A stretch of 64,000 bases of DNA from Candidatus Omnitrophota bacterium (GCA_041650935.1 JBAZKH010000001.1:411337-475336), one strand, 5' to 3'; positions 39,166 to 51,700 are shown, numbered from the stretch's first letter. The notes: generated by a model from the letters alone, not told the origin. A program made the numbers and translations.

Positions 39166-40032
39166 GTGCAGCTTGATAAGGCAAGGGTGCTGCCGATAAT
39201 CAAGGCAGCGCTCAAAGAAGACATAGGTACGGGTGATATTACCACTACGGCGTTTGTCGAAAAGACGGCCAGTTCCAAAGCAACGATAATCGCGAGAGAA
39301 GACTGTGTCGTTTGCGGCTTAACGATCGCCGAATGGATAATGTCGCAGGTCGATTTCAGCGTTCGTTTTAAGCCGAATTGCGACGACGGCCATCTCCTGG
39401 GCGGCGGTAAGGAGCTTGCTTATCTTGAGGGTCATACCGCCTCGATCCTGCGCGCGGAGAGGACGATGATCAATTTTCTCTCTTTCTTAAGCGCTATCGC
39501 GACCACGACCAGGCAGTTCGTGGAAAAAGTCAGGCCCTATGGCGTGAAGATAATGGATACGCGCAAGACTCTGCCGCTCTTAAGGTATCTCGAAAAATAC
39601 GCAGTCTCCGTCGGCGGCGGTACGAACCACAGGCAGGGCCTTTACGACCAGGTCTTGATAAAAGATAATCACATAAAGGCTGTCAGGTTGCCGGGCCGCC
39701 ATGTCACCTGTTTGAAAGATATAGTTGAGCAGGCGCGGAGGAGGAGCCCAAAAGGGGCCCGGATTGAAATCGAAGTTAATACCGTCGAAGAATTCAGCGA
39801 TGCCCTTGCCGGCAAACCGGACATAATAATGCTCGATAATATGACGCCCCAGAACGTGCGGTCGTGCGTCGAGCGCCGCCGCCTTGCCAAAGTAAAGCCT
39901 TTTCTTGAGGTTTCGGGCGGCATAACGCTCGATACGGTAGAAGAGTTCGCGCGGGCAAAGCCGGATATGATATCGGCAGGCGCTCTTACAGCTTCCGTAA
40001 AATCGATAGATATGTCGCTGGATATAGTATAA
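39166..40032 (+). CDS. nadC: Nicotinate-nucleotide pyrophosphorylase (carboxylating), GTG start
   Basis: [19 protein letters not shown]-terminus and type II PRTase fold; RBS AAGGGAGG 8 nt upstream. Confidence 0.85.
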   Translation: MQLDKARVLPIIKAALKEDIGTGDITTTAFVEKTASSKATIIAREDCVVCGLTIAEWIMSQVDFSVRFKPNCDDGHLLGGGKELAYLEGHTASILRAERTMINFLSFLSAIATTTRQFVEKVRPYGVKIMDTRKTLPLLRYLEKYAVSVGGGTNHRQGLYDQVLIKDNHIKAVRLPGRHVTCLKDIVEQARRRSPKGARIEIEVNTVEEFSDALAGKPDIIMLDNMTPQNVRSCVERRRLAKVKPFLEVSGGITLDTVEEFARAKPDMISAGALTASVKSIDMSLDIV

Positions 40033-42026
40033 TGGCGAATTTCAAGCTTGTCAGTAGTTTCTCACCCGAAGGCGACCAGCCCGAAGCGATAAAAAGACTG
40101 ACAGAGGGCCTCGGTAAAGGCGCGCAATACCAGACGCTTCTCGGCGTTACCGGTTCCGGCAAGACTTTCACGATGGCCAATGTCATCAGGAATATCGGCA
40201 GGCCCGCGCTCATAATCTCGCATAACAAGACTCTTGCCGCCCAGCTCTACAGCGAATTTAAAGAATTCTTCCCGGAGAACGCGGTCGAATATTTCGTAAG
40301 CTATTATGACTATTACCAGCCCGAGGCATATATCCCGCATACCGACGTATATATCGAGAAGGATTCGTCGATAAACGAGGATATCGACCGCCTGAGGCTC
40401 TCGGCGACGAGCTCGCTGATGTCGCGTGATGACGTCATAGTCGTCGCGAGCGTATCCTGTATCTACGGCCTGGGTTCGCCCGGCGAATACGGTGAGCTTC
40501 TCGTCTTCCTGGAGGAGGGCGAGGAGTCCTCGCGGGACGAGATATTAAAGAAGCTGATAGCCATACACTACGAGCGGAACGATTACGATTTCAAGCGATC
40601 GACGTTCAGGGTCCGCGGGGATACGGTAGAGGTTTTCCCTGCCTACACAAAGACCGCTTACCGCATAGAACAGTTCGGCAATAAAGTCGAGCATATCTAC
40701 GAAATAGATCCGCTTACAGCCAAAACCATCGCACGCGTCCGGAAGATAGGGATATATCCGGCCAAGCATTTTGTCACGACGGGTGAAAGGATAGAGTCCG
40801 CGGTTAAGTCGATAGCGGATGAACTTAATGGCCGCCTGGCGGAATTGCGCGCGCAAAATAAACTGGTGGAGGCCCAGAGACTCGAATCGAGGACGCGCTA
40901 TGACATCGAAATGATGAAAGAGGTCGGTTATTGCAGCGGCATCGAAAATTATTCGCGTCCTCTTGCCCAAAGAGAGCCGGGCTCTAGACCATGGACCCTC
41001 ATCGACTATTTTCCAAAGGGATTTGTTACTTTTATCGACGAATCTCATGTCACGATACCTCAGATAAGGGGTATGTATAACGGCGACAGGGCGAGGAAAG
41101 AGACGCTGGTCGAATACGGGTTCAGGCTGCCCTCCGCCCTCGACAACAGGCCGCTGAAGTTCGAGGAGTTCGAGCGGCTCGTCAGCCCCATCGTCTTTGT
41201 CTCCGCAACGCCCGATGAATATGAACTGGATAAGTCGAAGGGCAATATCGTTGAGCAATTGATAAGGCCCACAGGTATAATCGATCCGCCTATAGAGGTC
41301 AGGCCCACCGCCGGCCAGATAGACGATCTGATGAAAGAGATAAGGCGGCGCGCCGCCAAAAAAGAGAGAGTGCTCGTCACGACTCTTACCAAGCGTCTTT
41401 CCGAGGACCTGGCGCGATACCTGGGTGAAATGGGGTTGAAGGTGAAGTATCTTCATTCCGAGATGGACGCTATAGAGCGCGTGGAGATATTGAGGGATCT
41501 CCGGCTTAATAAATTCGACTGTCTGGTCGGGATAAACCTGTTGAGGGAAGGGCTGGATCTGCCCGAGGTTTCGCTGGTGGCTATACTCGACGCCGATAAA
41601 GAGGGTTTTTTGAGGAGCGGCACGAGCCTTATACAGGTCGCGGGCCGCGCGGCGCGCCACCTGAACGGTGAGGTCATAATGTATGCAGACACTCTGACTA
41701 AATCGATGCGGCGCGCCATGGACGAATCGGACAGGCGCCGTAAGGTCCAGATCGAATTCAATAAAGTTAACAGGATAACGCCGCGTTCCATAGAGAAGGC
41801 GGTTAAAGACGGGATAGAATCTTATAAGAAGGCCAGGGAAGTTATTGCGAGCGTTGTCGAAGAGACGGATGATCAGTATGATCTTACAGCGCTTATAGGC
41901 GAGCTGCAGCATGATATGGAAATTGCCGCCAGGAACCTTCAGTTCGAAAAAGCGGCGCTCCTGCGAGACCAGATTAAAGAGCTGAAAGAAAAACTTGCGC
42001 CCGGAAGCGGCGCCGTGAAAAAATGA
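40032..42026 (+). CDS. uvrB: Excinuclease ABC subunit B
   Basis: F(K/E)LVS..P.GDQP N-terminus, Walker A (GVTGSGKT), beta-hairpin, and the C-terminal UvrB/UvrC interaction motif. Confidence 0.95.
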   Translation: MANFKLVSSFSPEGDQPEAIKRLTEGLGKGAQYQTLLGVTGSGKTFTMANVIRNIGRPALIISHNKTLAAQLYSEFKEFFPENAVEYFVSYYDYYQPEAYIPHTDVYIEKDSSINEDIDRLRLSATSSLMSRDDVIVVASVSCIYGLGSPGEYGELLVFLEEGEESSRDEILKKLIAIHYERNDYDFKRSTFRVRGDTVEVFPAYTKTAYRIEQFGNKVEHIYEIDPLTAKTIARVRKIGIYPAKHFVTTGERIESAVKSIADELNGRLAELRAQNKLVEAQRLESRTRYDIEMMKEVGYCSGIENYSRPLAQREPGSRPWTLIDYFPKGFVTFIDESHVTIPQIRGMYNGDRARKETLVEYGFRLPSALDNRPLKFEEFERLVSPIVFVSATPDEYELDKSKGNIVEQLIRPTGIIDPPIEVRPTAGQIDDLMKEIRRRAAKKERVLVTTLTKRLSEDLARYLGEMGLKVKYLHSEMDAIERVEILRDLRLNKFDCLVGINLLREGLDLPEVSLVAILDADKEGFLRSGTSLIQVAGRAARHLNGEVIMYADTLTKSMRRAMDESDRRRKVQIEFNKVNRITPRSIEKAVKDGIESYKKAREVIASVVEETDDQYDLTALIGELQHDMEIAARNLQFEKAALLRDQIKELKEKLAPGSGAVKK

Positions 42027-43012
42027 CACACGCCGGTTTAGATGAAGAGATACTCTCGGTACTCAGGCATGACGCCTCTTTGCATATCTCCGGAGAGGAG
42101 CTATGCAAGCGCGCGGGCGTTTCAAGAGCCGCTATATGGAAACATATCGAGGCCCTGCGGGAGGAGGGCTACGGCATCGAAGCCTCCCCGCATCTTGGCT
42201 ACCGCCTCCTCACCGTTCCCGACAGACTCATCCCGTCCGAGATAAAATGGCGCCTTAAGACAAAATTGCTGGGCAAAGCGATAATCTCTTATAAAAAAGT
42301 CGGTTCGACCAACGATAGCGCGTACGAATTAGCGGAAAAAGGGCTTAAAGAAGGTACTGTCATATTAGCCGAGGAACAGGAACGGGGGAAGGGCAGGCAC
42401 GGACGCAGCTGGATTTCCCCGCCGAAAGCGGGCATATATCTTTCGCTGATATTGCGTCCGCCTATTGCGCCCAGCGAGATTTCGAAGATCACTCTCTTTG
42501 CCGCGATAGCGGCGGCCAAGGCCATAAGAGAAGAGACCGGCCTTCAGGCGATGATAAAATGGCCCAACGATATCCTGATCAATCGCAGGAAGGTCTGCGG
42601 CATCCTTACGGAGATGAAGGCCGAACAGGATATAGTCGATTTTGTGGTGATAGGTATGGGCATTAATGTGAACACGCCCGCGCGGCAATTACCGAAAGGA
42701 GCTTCGTCTATAAAAGAAGAGATCCGCCGCAACGGCGGCGAAGGGAATGTCTCCCGGATCGCATTGGTTAAGAAGCTCATAGAGAAATTGGAAGAGGACT
42801 ATTTTCTATTGAAAAAGGATGGGTTCAAGCCGATAATAGACGAGTGGAAACATCTGACGGATATGCTCGGCTCGAGAGTCAGGGTCGTATTGCAGAACCG
42901 AACATTCGAGGCTCTGGTGCATAATATCGATCCGGACGGCGCGCTCGTTGTCAGAAAAGATGCCGGTACTCTCGAGAGGATATCGTCGGGAGATATAGTT
43001 ATGGTGAGATAG
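42023..43012 (+). CDS. birA: Bifunctional biotin operon repressor / biotin--[acetyl-CoA-carboxylase] ligase
   Basis: N-terminal HTH ([24 protein letters not shown]), catalytic GRGRHGRSW motif, and C-terminal SH3-like domain. Confidence 0.85.
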   Translation: MTHAGLDEEILSVLRHDASLHISGEELCKRAGVSRAAIWKHIEALREEGYGIEASPHLGYRLLTVPDRLIPSEIKWRLKTKLLGKAIISYKKVGSTNDSAYELAEKGLKEGTVILAEEQERGKGRHGRSWISPPKAGIYLSLILRPPIAPSEISKITLFAAIAAAKAIREETGLQAMIKWPNDILINRRKVCGILTEMKAEQDIVDFVVIGMGINVNTPARQLPKGASSIKEEIRRNGGEGNVSRIALVKKLIEKLEEDYFLLKKDGFKPIIDEWKHLTDMLGSRVRVVLQNRTFEALVHNIDPDGALVVRKDAGTLERISSGDIVMVR

Positions 43013-43046
43013 AGAGAGTATAGTGAATAGTGGAGAGTGGATAAGT
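43010..43046. repeat. Family-4 stop-codon-rich motif (GATAGAGAGAGTATAGTGAATAGTGGAGAGTGGATAAGTGA)
   Basis: AGTGAATAGTGGAGAG is identical to 62802-62817. It overlaps the birA stop and extends into the coaX RBS and GTG start. Confidence 0.6.
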
Positions 43047-43812
43047 GAAGGATATTTTAATAGCATTAGATATAGGTAATACGAATATAACCGCAGGAGT
43101 CTTTAAGTACGGGCATCTCGTTGCCAGGGTAAAGATTCCTACGCATATGAATTCCGCTTATGACCATGCTCTTAAGGGCTTATTCAGAAAAGGCGGTATA
43201 AGTCCTGCCGGTGGAGAGGATGTGATTATCTCGAGTGTCGTTCCCGCTGCGCTTGGCCGGGTGGCGAAAGCTCTTAAAAAAATAGCAAAATTCCGGATAA
43301 CGGTCCTTGGGCGCGACCTGGATGTGCCTATAAAAAATCTTTACAGGTTGAAGAAAGAGGTCGGCCAGGACAGGCTCGTCAACGCGTTCGCGGCAAAAAA
43401 GCTCTATGGTTCGCCGGCCGTAATTATAGATTTCGGGACGGCGATAACTTTCGATCTTGTCTCTAAAAAAGGCGAGTATCTGGGCGGGCTTATAATGCCC
43501 GGGATAGGTATATCGCTCTCGAGCCTTTATGAGAAGACCGCGCTCCTGCCCTGCGTGGAACTTAAAGACGCGCCGCATATAAGTATAATAGGTAAGGATA
43601 CCGTCAGCAGTATGCGCGGCGGCATACTCTTCGGTTTCGGCGCGATGTGTGATGAACTCAGTTTGAAATACAGGAAGCGCCTCGGCAAGTCCCTCAAGGT
43701 TATAGCGACAGGCGGCAACGCCAGCCTGATCAAGAAATACTCCGGCTCGATACAGATCCTGGATGAGGATATAACCCTCAAAGGTCTCCTCCTGATAAGT
43801 CAGCTAAAATGA
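43045..43812 (+). CDS. coaX: Type III pantothenate kinase, GTG start
   Basis: ILIALDIGNTNITAGVF N-terminus in the ASKHA fold. Confidence 0.85.
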   Translation: MKDILIALDIGNTNITAGVFKYGHLVARVKIPTHMNSAYDHALKGLFRKGGISPAGGEDVIISSVVPAALGRVAKALKKIAKFRITVLGRDLDVPIKNLYRLKKEVGQDRLVNAFAAKKLYGSPAVIIDFGTAITFDLVSKKGEYLGGLIMPGIGISLSSLYEKTALLPCVELKDAPHISIIGKDTVSSMRGGILFGFGAMCDELSLKYRKRLGKSLKVIATGGNASLIKKYSGSIQILDEDITLKGLLLISQLK

Positions 43813-43816
43813 AGCT

Positions 43817-43841
43817 CTCCGGCCTAAAGGCCGGAGTTTCC
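43817..43841 (+). terminator. Terminator-like hairpin after coaX (CTCCGGCC-TAAA-GGCCGGAG + TTTCC)
   Basis: Perfect 8-bp GC stem five nt after the coaX stop, but the U tract is weak. Confidence 0.45.
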
Positions 43842-43905
43842 ATTCGCCTGTTGGAGGATAATTTTTTTCTCAACTCGGCGCTCCTCTGCCGGGAAAGGCC
43901 ATCAG

Positions 43906-44030
43906 GAATGTGATGTGGTTCGCTAAGGACGCGCAATTTTCAACCATGTGAAAATTGCGCTCGGTAAAATTTCTCGTATGCTGCCTCGAAATTTTAACGC
44001 CTTAGCTCACCACATCACCATATCACATTC
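43906..44030. repeat. Family-2 structured ~125-nt element (TIR GAATGTGATGTGGTT.../...ACCACATCACCATATCACATTC; two internal hairpins), copy A
   Basis: About 85% identical to 58353-58481. The 12-bp hairpin at 43931-43960 differs from copy B at three stem positions, all compensated on the opposite arm. Confidence 0.8.
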
Positions 44031-44076
44031 TAGCAAAGACAAAAAATTGTACCAGTTTAGCCAAAAGAAGCTCTCC

Positions 44077-44108
44077 ATCGTAGCCGACATTTAAATGTCG
44101 GCTACGAT
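44077..44108. repeat. Perfect 32-bp palindrome ATCGTAGCCGACATTT|AAATGTCGGCTACGAT
   Basis: 16-bp arms with no spacer; lies 55 bp upstream of the groESL -35 box. Confidence 0.9.
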
Positions 44109-44162
44109 ATCGTCGGGCAACTTCTCTATGCTAATCTAGTACAAAAAATTTTCGAAAAACTC

Positions 44163-44190
44163 TTGACAAAATCCGCGAGTTTCGTATAAT
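44163..44190 (+). promoter_or_regulatory. Consensus sigma70 promoter for groESL (TTGACA-16-TATAAT)
   Basis: Exact hexamers, immediately followed by CIRCE. Confidence 0.75.
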
Positions 44191-44199
44191 AGTGAAATG

Positions 44200-44226
44200 T
44201 TAGCACTCGCCCTGAGTGAGTGCTAA
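44200..44226 (+). promoter_or_regulatory. CIRCE operator (HrcA binding site) TTAGCACTC-N9-GAGTGCTAA
   Basis: Perfect match to the canonical CIRCE inverted repeat, about 175 nt upstream of groES. Confidence 0.9.
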
Positions 44227-44401
44227 TAATCAAAGAGAAAGCCTTTGGTTCTGTTTTGAAATATCCCGCAAGCTAGGACCTTGGATAGAGGTTTCTTAGT
44301 GGAACTTGCGGGATTAAATTCGGCCCAACAGTAAAGCGATGCGAACAACTTATGTTGCTATCGCTTCCATAAGTTGCGGCCTCATTTAAGGAGGTGGATG
44401 T

Positions 44402-46415
<2,014 letters not shown>

Positions 46416-46456
46416 AGTGAGATAGAGTCTAGTTGTTCGTTGTTCGTAGTGGATTA

Positions 46457-46495
46457 TGGGGTGGGATACTGTAAAAGTAACCCACCCCTTTTTTT
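46457..46495 (+). terminator. Rho-independent terminator after groEL (GGGGTGGG-loop-CCCACCCC + T8)
   Basis: 8-bp G/C stem, 16-nt loop, run of 8 T. Confidence 0.75.
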
Positions 46496-46568
46496 ATTAA
46501 ATTAAATTTGCCTTTTTCCGCTCTATGTGATAAACCCTAGTATGCGCGGTTTACGCAGAAAGGAGCGC

Positions 46569-46667
46569 ATGAAACTCATTGCCAATATGATATGCAGGCG
46601 GCGGTTCAAAATGCAATCGCGGATCCGGCGGTGGATCAAAAGATTAACAAGAAAGGGCAAGAGATGA
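46569..46667 (+). CDS. Possible small ORF encoding a 32-aa Arg/Lys-rich peptide, translationally coupled (ATGA) to the next gene
   Basis: AAAGGAG RBS 3-4 nt upstream of the ATG; encodes MKLIANMICRRRFKMQSRIRRWIKRLTRKGKR; its stop overlaps the ATG at 46664. No homology recognised. Confidence 0.2.
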   Translation: MKLIANMICRRRFKMQSRIRRWIKRLTRKGKR

Positions 46668-46888
46668 AGAGGAATTTTGTGATGTTTGCAGCAGTTATGC
46701 TTATAAGTTCTTACGGATATGCTTCGGATTACCAGGGAAACGAGGAGCAGGGTTCGATATTTCAGAAGCTGGGCGATCTGATAACGGGACGGTATGAAGT
46801 CGAAAAAGGCAAGACCCTTAAAGAGAAAGGTGTTGTCCAGGTTATGGCCGAACAGGTCAACAGCATACAGAACGGGCCGGTGAGGTGA
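46664..46888 (+). CDS. Hypothetical small secreted protein (74 aa)
   Basis: Signal peptide MKRNFVMFAAVMLISSYGYA. The ORF track extends it upstream to 46592, but the signal peptide favours 46664. Confidence 0.4.
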   Translation: MKRNFVMFAAVMLISSYGYASDYQGNEEQGSIFQKLGDLITGRYEVEKGKTLKEKGVVQVMAEQVNSIQNGPVR

Positions 46889-46894
46889 GCGGAT

Positions 46895-47314
46895 ATGATA
46901 AGGAGCGTAACGATAGGGGAAGAGATCGTCGTAACGACCAGGAATAAGATCGGTATATTGGCGGATACGTCCGTGATAATGGCTAATCATGGTGTTAATA
47001 TAGAATCGCTTCTCGGGTACGAAAGCGGGCTCACCGCGAAACTTCTCTTCATGACCAGCGGGAATTTACGCGTATTGAACGAATTGCGGAAGAAAAAATA
47101 TAAGAGCATCAAAGAGACCGAGGTCGTTGTGGTTGAGTTGAATAATAAGCCGGGTGCCTTGAAAGTCGTGGCGATGGAGCTTAAGAATAATAAGATAGAT
47201 GTAAAGCATGTATACGTGACGTCGTCTTCCCAGGGCGGCGATTCATCGAGGATGGTGCTGCAGACCAGCGATAATGAAAAAGCGATGTCGCTATTGTCGA
47301 GATTTGTAACATAA
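46895..47314 (+). CDS. Tandem ACT-domain protein
   Basis: Two ~65-aa beta-alpha-beta-beta-alpha-beta ACT-like units (NKIGILADTSVIMANHGVNIES; NKPGALKVVAMELKNNKIDVKHV). Confidence 0.55.
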   Translation: MIRSVTIGEEIVVTTRNKIGILADTSVIMANHGVNIESLLGYESGLTAKLLFMTSGNLRVLNELRKKKYKSIKETEVVVVELNNKPGALKVVAMELKNNKIDVKHVYVTSSSQGGDSSRMVLQTSDNEKAMSLLSRFVT

Positions 47315-47339
47315 CCCAGGGACCGTCTTTAGGATTATA

Positions 47340-47368
47340 TTGACAAATCCCGCCGTATTTTATATCAT
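47340..47368 (+). promoter_or_regulatory. sigma70-like promoter (TTGACA-17-TATCAT)
   Basis: About 95 nt upstream of the IMPDH-family gene. The intervening 5' UTR contains the hairpin CTGCTTCG...CGAAGCAG just before the RBS. Confidence 0.45.
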
Positions 47369-47461
47369 ACTACCACATAAACAGTTCCCGATATTTAACA
47401 ATACTAATATGGCCTGCTTCGGTATAACTACTGAACGGCGAAGCAGAATGGAGAGGACGAA

Positions 47462-48625
47462 ATGGGGCAATTTTTTATAGGCGTTGAAAGAAAAGCAAGG
47501 CGGTGCTACGGTTTTGACGAGATAGCTCTCGTCCCGGGCAGGGTTACGCTTAATCCTGAAGAGGTCGACACTTCATGGAAACTGGGGAATAAGACATATA
47601 ATGTGCCGATACTCGCGGCGGCCATGGACGGAGTCGTCGATGTGAAGTTCGCGATAGCGATGGGGCGGATGGGCGGTATCGCCGTCCTTAATCTTGAGGG
47701 CGTGCAGACGCGCTACGAGAATCCCGAAGAGGTCCTTGACAGGATCTCGCATGCGAGCCCGGAAGAGGCGACGCGGCTCGTGCAGAACATATACGAGGAA
47801 CCGATAAAGGAACGGCTTGTCACTAGGAGGATCGCGGAGATCAAGAAGGCAAAAGTTCCTGCCATAGTAAGCGCGATCCCTCAGCGTGCCGAAAGGTTCG
47901 GCGCGCTTGCGCAGGATGCCGGCGCGGATGCGTTTATAGTCCAGTCCACCGTAACGACGGTGAAGCACGTTTCGAAGAGTTATAAAGTTCTCGACTTTTA
48001 TAAATTTTGCAAGAAGACTAAGATGCCGGTCATAGTGGGCAACTGCGTGACTTACGAGGTTGCGTTTGAGCTTATGGATACCGGCTGCAGCGGACTTCTG
48101 GTCGGCATAGGCCCGGGAGCCGCATGTACCACCCGCGGCGTGCTCGGCATAGGAGTTCCGCAGGTTACGGCGACTGTCGATTGCGCCGCCGCGAGAAATG
48201 CTTATTTCAGGAAGAAGAAACGTTATGTGCCTATAATCACCGACGGCGGTATGTCGACCGGCGGCGATATCTGCAAGGCGTTTGCCTGCGGCGCCGATGC
48301 CGTAATGGTGGGCAGCGCTTTCGCGAGAGCCCAGGAAGCTCCGGGGAGAGGTTACCATTGGGGCATGGCGACTCCGCATTCGAACCTGCCGAGGGGTACG
48401 AGGATCAAGGTTGGTGTTACCGGCAGCCTGGAAGAGATTCTATACGGCCCGGCAAAGGTCGACGACGGTTCACAAAACTTAATGGGCGCGCTTCAGACTT
48501 CTATGGGCAATGTCGGCGCAAAATCCGTCAAAGAGATGCATCGTACCGAAATCATAATAGCACCGTCGATACAGACAGAAGGAAAAGTGTTCCAAGTCGC
48601 TCAGCGGGTTGGAATGGGAAAGTAG
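47462..48625 (+). CDS. IMP dehydrogenase/GMP reductase-family protein lacking the CBS (Bateman) subdomain
   Basis: TIM-barrel IMPDH catalytic region with the active-site loop GIGPGAACTTRGVLGIGVPQ. There is no CBS-pair insertion between the N-terminal strands (387 aa total). Confidence 0.7.
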   Translation: MGQFFIGVERKARRCYGFDEIALVPGRVTLNPEEVDTSWKLGNKTYNVPILAAAMDGVVDVKFAIAMGRMGGIAVLNLEGVQTRYENPEEVLDRISHASPEEATRLVQNIYEEPIKERLVTRRIAEIKKAKVPAIVSAIPQRAERFGALAQDAGADAFIVQSTVTTVKHVSKSYKVLDFYKFCKKTKMPVIVGNCVTYEVAFELMDTGCSGLLVGIGPGAACTTRGVLGIGVPQVTATVDCAAARNAYFRKKKRYVPIITDGGMSTGGDICKAFACGADAVMVGSAFARAQEAPGRGYHWGMATPHSNLPRGTRIKVGVTGSLEEILYGPAKVDDGSQNLMGALQTSMGNVGAKSVKEMHRTEIIIAPSIQTEGKVFQVAQRVGMGK

Positions 48626-48631
48626 TCAGGC

Positions 48632-48758
48632 CATAAATACGAAATACTAAATCCGAAATACGAAACAAGTTCGAAGTTCGAAATTCAAATATTTTAGATT
48701 TTGAGAATTGAAATTTCTATATTGTTTCGAATTTCGATATTCGAATTTAGAATTTACA
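48632..48758. repeat. Family-3 AT-rich palindromic intergenic element, long copy
   Basis: Internal inverted repeats (CGAAATACGAAACAAGTTCGAAGTTCGAAATT / AAATTTCTATATTGTTTCGAATTTCGATATTCGAATTT). Ends 3 nt before the dnaE ATG. Confidence 0.6.
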
Positions 48759-48761
48759 TAA

Positions 48762-51700
48762 ATGACTCACTCTGATTTCGTCCATCTCCATCTTCACTCT
48801 CAATACAGCCTTCTCGACGGCGCCTGCCAGCTGGAAGCCCTGATACAGAAGATCCGCGACTGCAAGATGCCCGCTTGTGCCATAACCGACCACGGCAACA
48901 TGTTCGGCGCGATCGAATTTTACGACATGGCGATGAAACACGGCGTAAAGCCGATCATCGGCAGCGAACTCTATATCGCCCCGGGTTCAAGGTTCGAGAA
49001 GTCGAGCCACGGTATCCATGAGGCAGCGTTCCACCTCGTCCTCCTTGCGAAAAACGAGACCGGATACAAAAATCTCATGAAGCTCGTCTCGATAGGTTTT
49101 CTCGAAGGATTCTATTACCGCCCCCGCATCGACAAAGAGGTTCTCGCAAAACATAAGGACGGTCTTATCTGCTCCACGGCCTGTTTAAAAGGCGAGATCC
49201 CGCATCTTATCTATACCAACCAGCTCGATCAGGCAAAAAAGGTTATTGACGAGTACCGTTCCATGTTCGGCAAGGATAATTTCTATCTCGAGATACAGGA
49301 TAACCTTATCCCCGAGCAGGAGCGGGTGAATGAGGAACTGGTGCGGATAGCCCGTGATATGAATATAGGGCTCGTTGCTACCAACGACGTCCATTACCTC
49401 GAAAAAGAGCATGCCCGCGCGCACGAAACGCTTTTATGTATCCAGACCCAGACTACTATGGAAGACCCCAACAGGATGCGTCTGCAGACCGACGAATTCT
49501 ATTTCAAGACCAAGGACCAGATGAGCCGCACCTTCGGCGATATGGCGCCCGAAGCTATCAAGAACACGATGGCGATAGCGGAGAAGTGCAATCTCGAGCT
49601 CGACTTCAAGCACCACCATCTGCCTAATTACAAAGTTCCCGAAGGTAAAGTCAAAGAAGAGTATTTGAGAGATCTGGTCTATGAGGGGCTGAAGACCAGG
49701 TACCCGGCGGCGGATTCCAGCGTTTACGCAAGGGTCGAACATGAGCTTAAAGTTATCGAGAACTTCGGGTATCCGAGCTACTTCCTGATAGCGTGGGACT
49801 TTGTCCATTACGCCAAGGAACACGGCATACCGGTCGGCCCCGGGAGAGGGAGCGCGGCGGGGAGCGTGGTAAGCTATGCCCTGGGAATAACCAGCATAGA
49901 CCCGTTAAAGTATGATCTACTCTTCGAAAGATTCCTGAATCCCGAACGCATAAGCCTGCCCGATATAGATATAGACTTCTGTTACGAGCGGCGCGGCGAA
50001 GTTATCGATTATGTCGTGAAGAAATATTCCAAGGAGAACGTAGCCCAGATAATAACGTTCGGAACGATGATGGCGAAGGGTGTCGTGAGGGATACGGGCC
50101 GCGCTCTCGGCATGGCTTACGGCGATGTCGACAGAATTGCGAAGCTTATCCCAAACGATCTCAATATGACACTCAACCACGCTCTCGAGCAGGAAGCGGA
50201 ACTGCGTAACCTTTATAAGATGGATCAGAAGATAGCCCAGCTCATCGATACCTCGCTCGTCCTCGAGGGTCTGACCAGGCACGCCTCCACGCACGCCGCG
50301 GGCGTCGTTATAAGTGAAGAGCCCCTTGTGAATTATGTCCCGCTTTACAAGATACAGGAAGGTCAGATTACCACGGCCTATCCGATGACATCGCTTGAAA
50401 AGATAGGCCTTCTGAAGATGGACCTGCTGGGTTTAAGGACGCTGACGGTTATCAGCGAGGCCCTGAAGATACTTAAACGCACTAAAGGGGTAGACCTGGA
50501 TATCGACACGATATTGCTCGAGGATAAGAAGACCTACAAGCTTCTCGCTAATGCCGAATCTATCGGCGTCTTCCAGCTTGAATCGTCGGGCATGAGGGAC
50601 CTCCTGAAGAAACTGAAGCCGGAAAAATTCGAGGATATCATAGCCCTCCTTGCATTGTTCAGGCCGGGACCGATCGGCTCAGGGATGCTGGACGACTTCA
50701 TGAAGCGCAAACACGGCGAGGTGAAAGTCCGCTACGACCACCATCTGCTCGAACCTATCCTGAAGGAGACCAACGGCGTGATACTCTATCAGGAGCAGGT
50801 TATGAGGATAGCGTCGTCGCTGGCCGGTTTTTCGCTTGCCCAGGCCGATAACCTGCGGCGCGCTATGGCGAAGAAAGTTCCTGAAGTAATGACGCAGATG
50901 AGAGAACTCTTCGTTGCCGGCAGCGCGAAGAAAAGTATCGACAGGAAAGTCGCCTCGAAAATATTCGACCAAATAGAATACTTTGCCGGGTACGGTTTCA
51001 ATAAGTCGCATTCGGCCGCGTACGCGCTCATAAGTTTCCGGACGGCCTACCTTAAGGCGAATTTTCCGGTCGAGTTTATGACCGCGCTTCTGACAAGTGA
51101 AAAAGATAACCTCGACAAGATAGCTGTTTATATTGCCGAGGCGCAGAAGATGGGGATAAAGGTCCTGCCCCCGGATGTAAATGAAAGTTACGCCAATTTT
51201 ACGGTGGTTGGGGATTCGATAAGGTTCGGGCTCCTTGCGATCAAACATGTGGGCGAGGGCGCCATCGATTCGATAATAAATATGCGCCAGAAAAACGGCC
51301 GCTTCAAGTCTTTATACGATTTCACCGAAAAGGTCGACTCCCGGCTCGTGAACCGCAAGGTCCTGGAGAGCCTTATAAAATGCGGCGCGATGGATTCTTA
51401 CGGGCTCTACCGCTCGCAGTTATCCGCGATGATAGACAAGGCCCTCGAGGTCGCCGGCGGCATCCAGAAGGACCGCGCGAACGGCCAGCTCTCATTCTTC
51501 GATAAATTTGAGGACCAGGAGAATTTTAAAAAGACCTATCAGGATATACCGAACATCCCGGAGTGGCCCGAGAACCAGCTCCTCGCCTACGAGAAGGAAA
51601 TGCTCGGGTTCTATATTACGAACCATCCACTGGCGCGGTTCGATAAAATTTTAAAGACTTATTCGACCTGCGCCACGACGGAGTTAGGGACTTTGGCGGA

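Noticed and set aside
43906-44030. Family-2 element as a known housekeeping RNA (SRP/4.5S, 6S, tmRNA fragment).
   Set aside because: It is present in two near-identical copies in unrelated contexts. It is too short for 6S or tmRNA and lacks the SRP domain-IV motif, so a repeat or novel structured element is more parsimonious.
46569-46667. The 32-aa Arg/Lys-rich peptide as a ribosomal protein (L34/L36-like).
   Set aside because: Its composition resembles small basic ribosomal proteins, but the sequence does not match the L34 (MKRTFQPS...) or L36 (CxxC...CxxH) signatures. It is kept only as a low-confidence small ORF.
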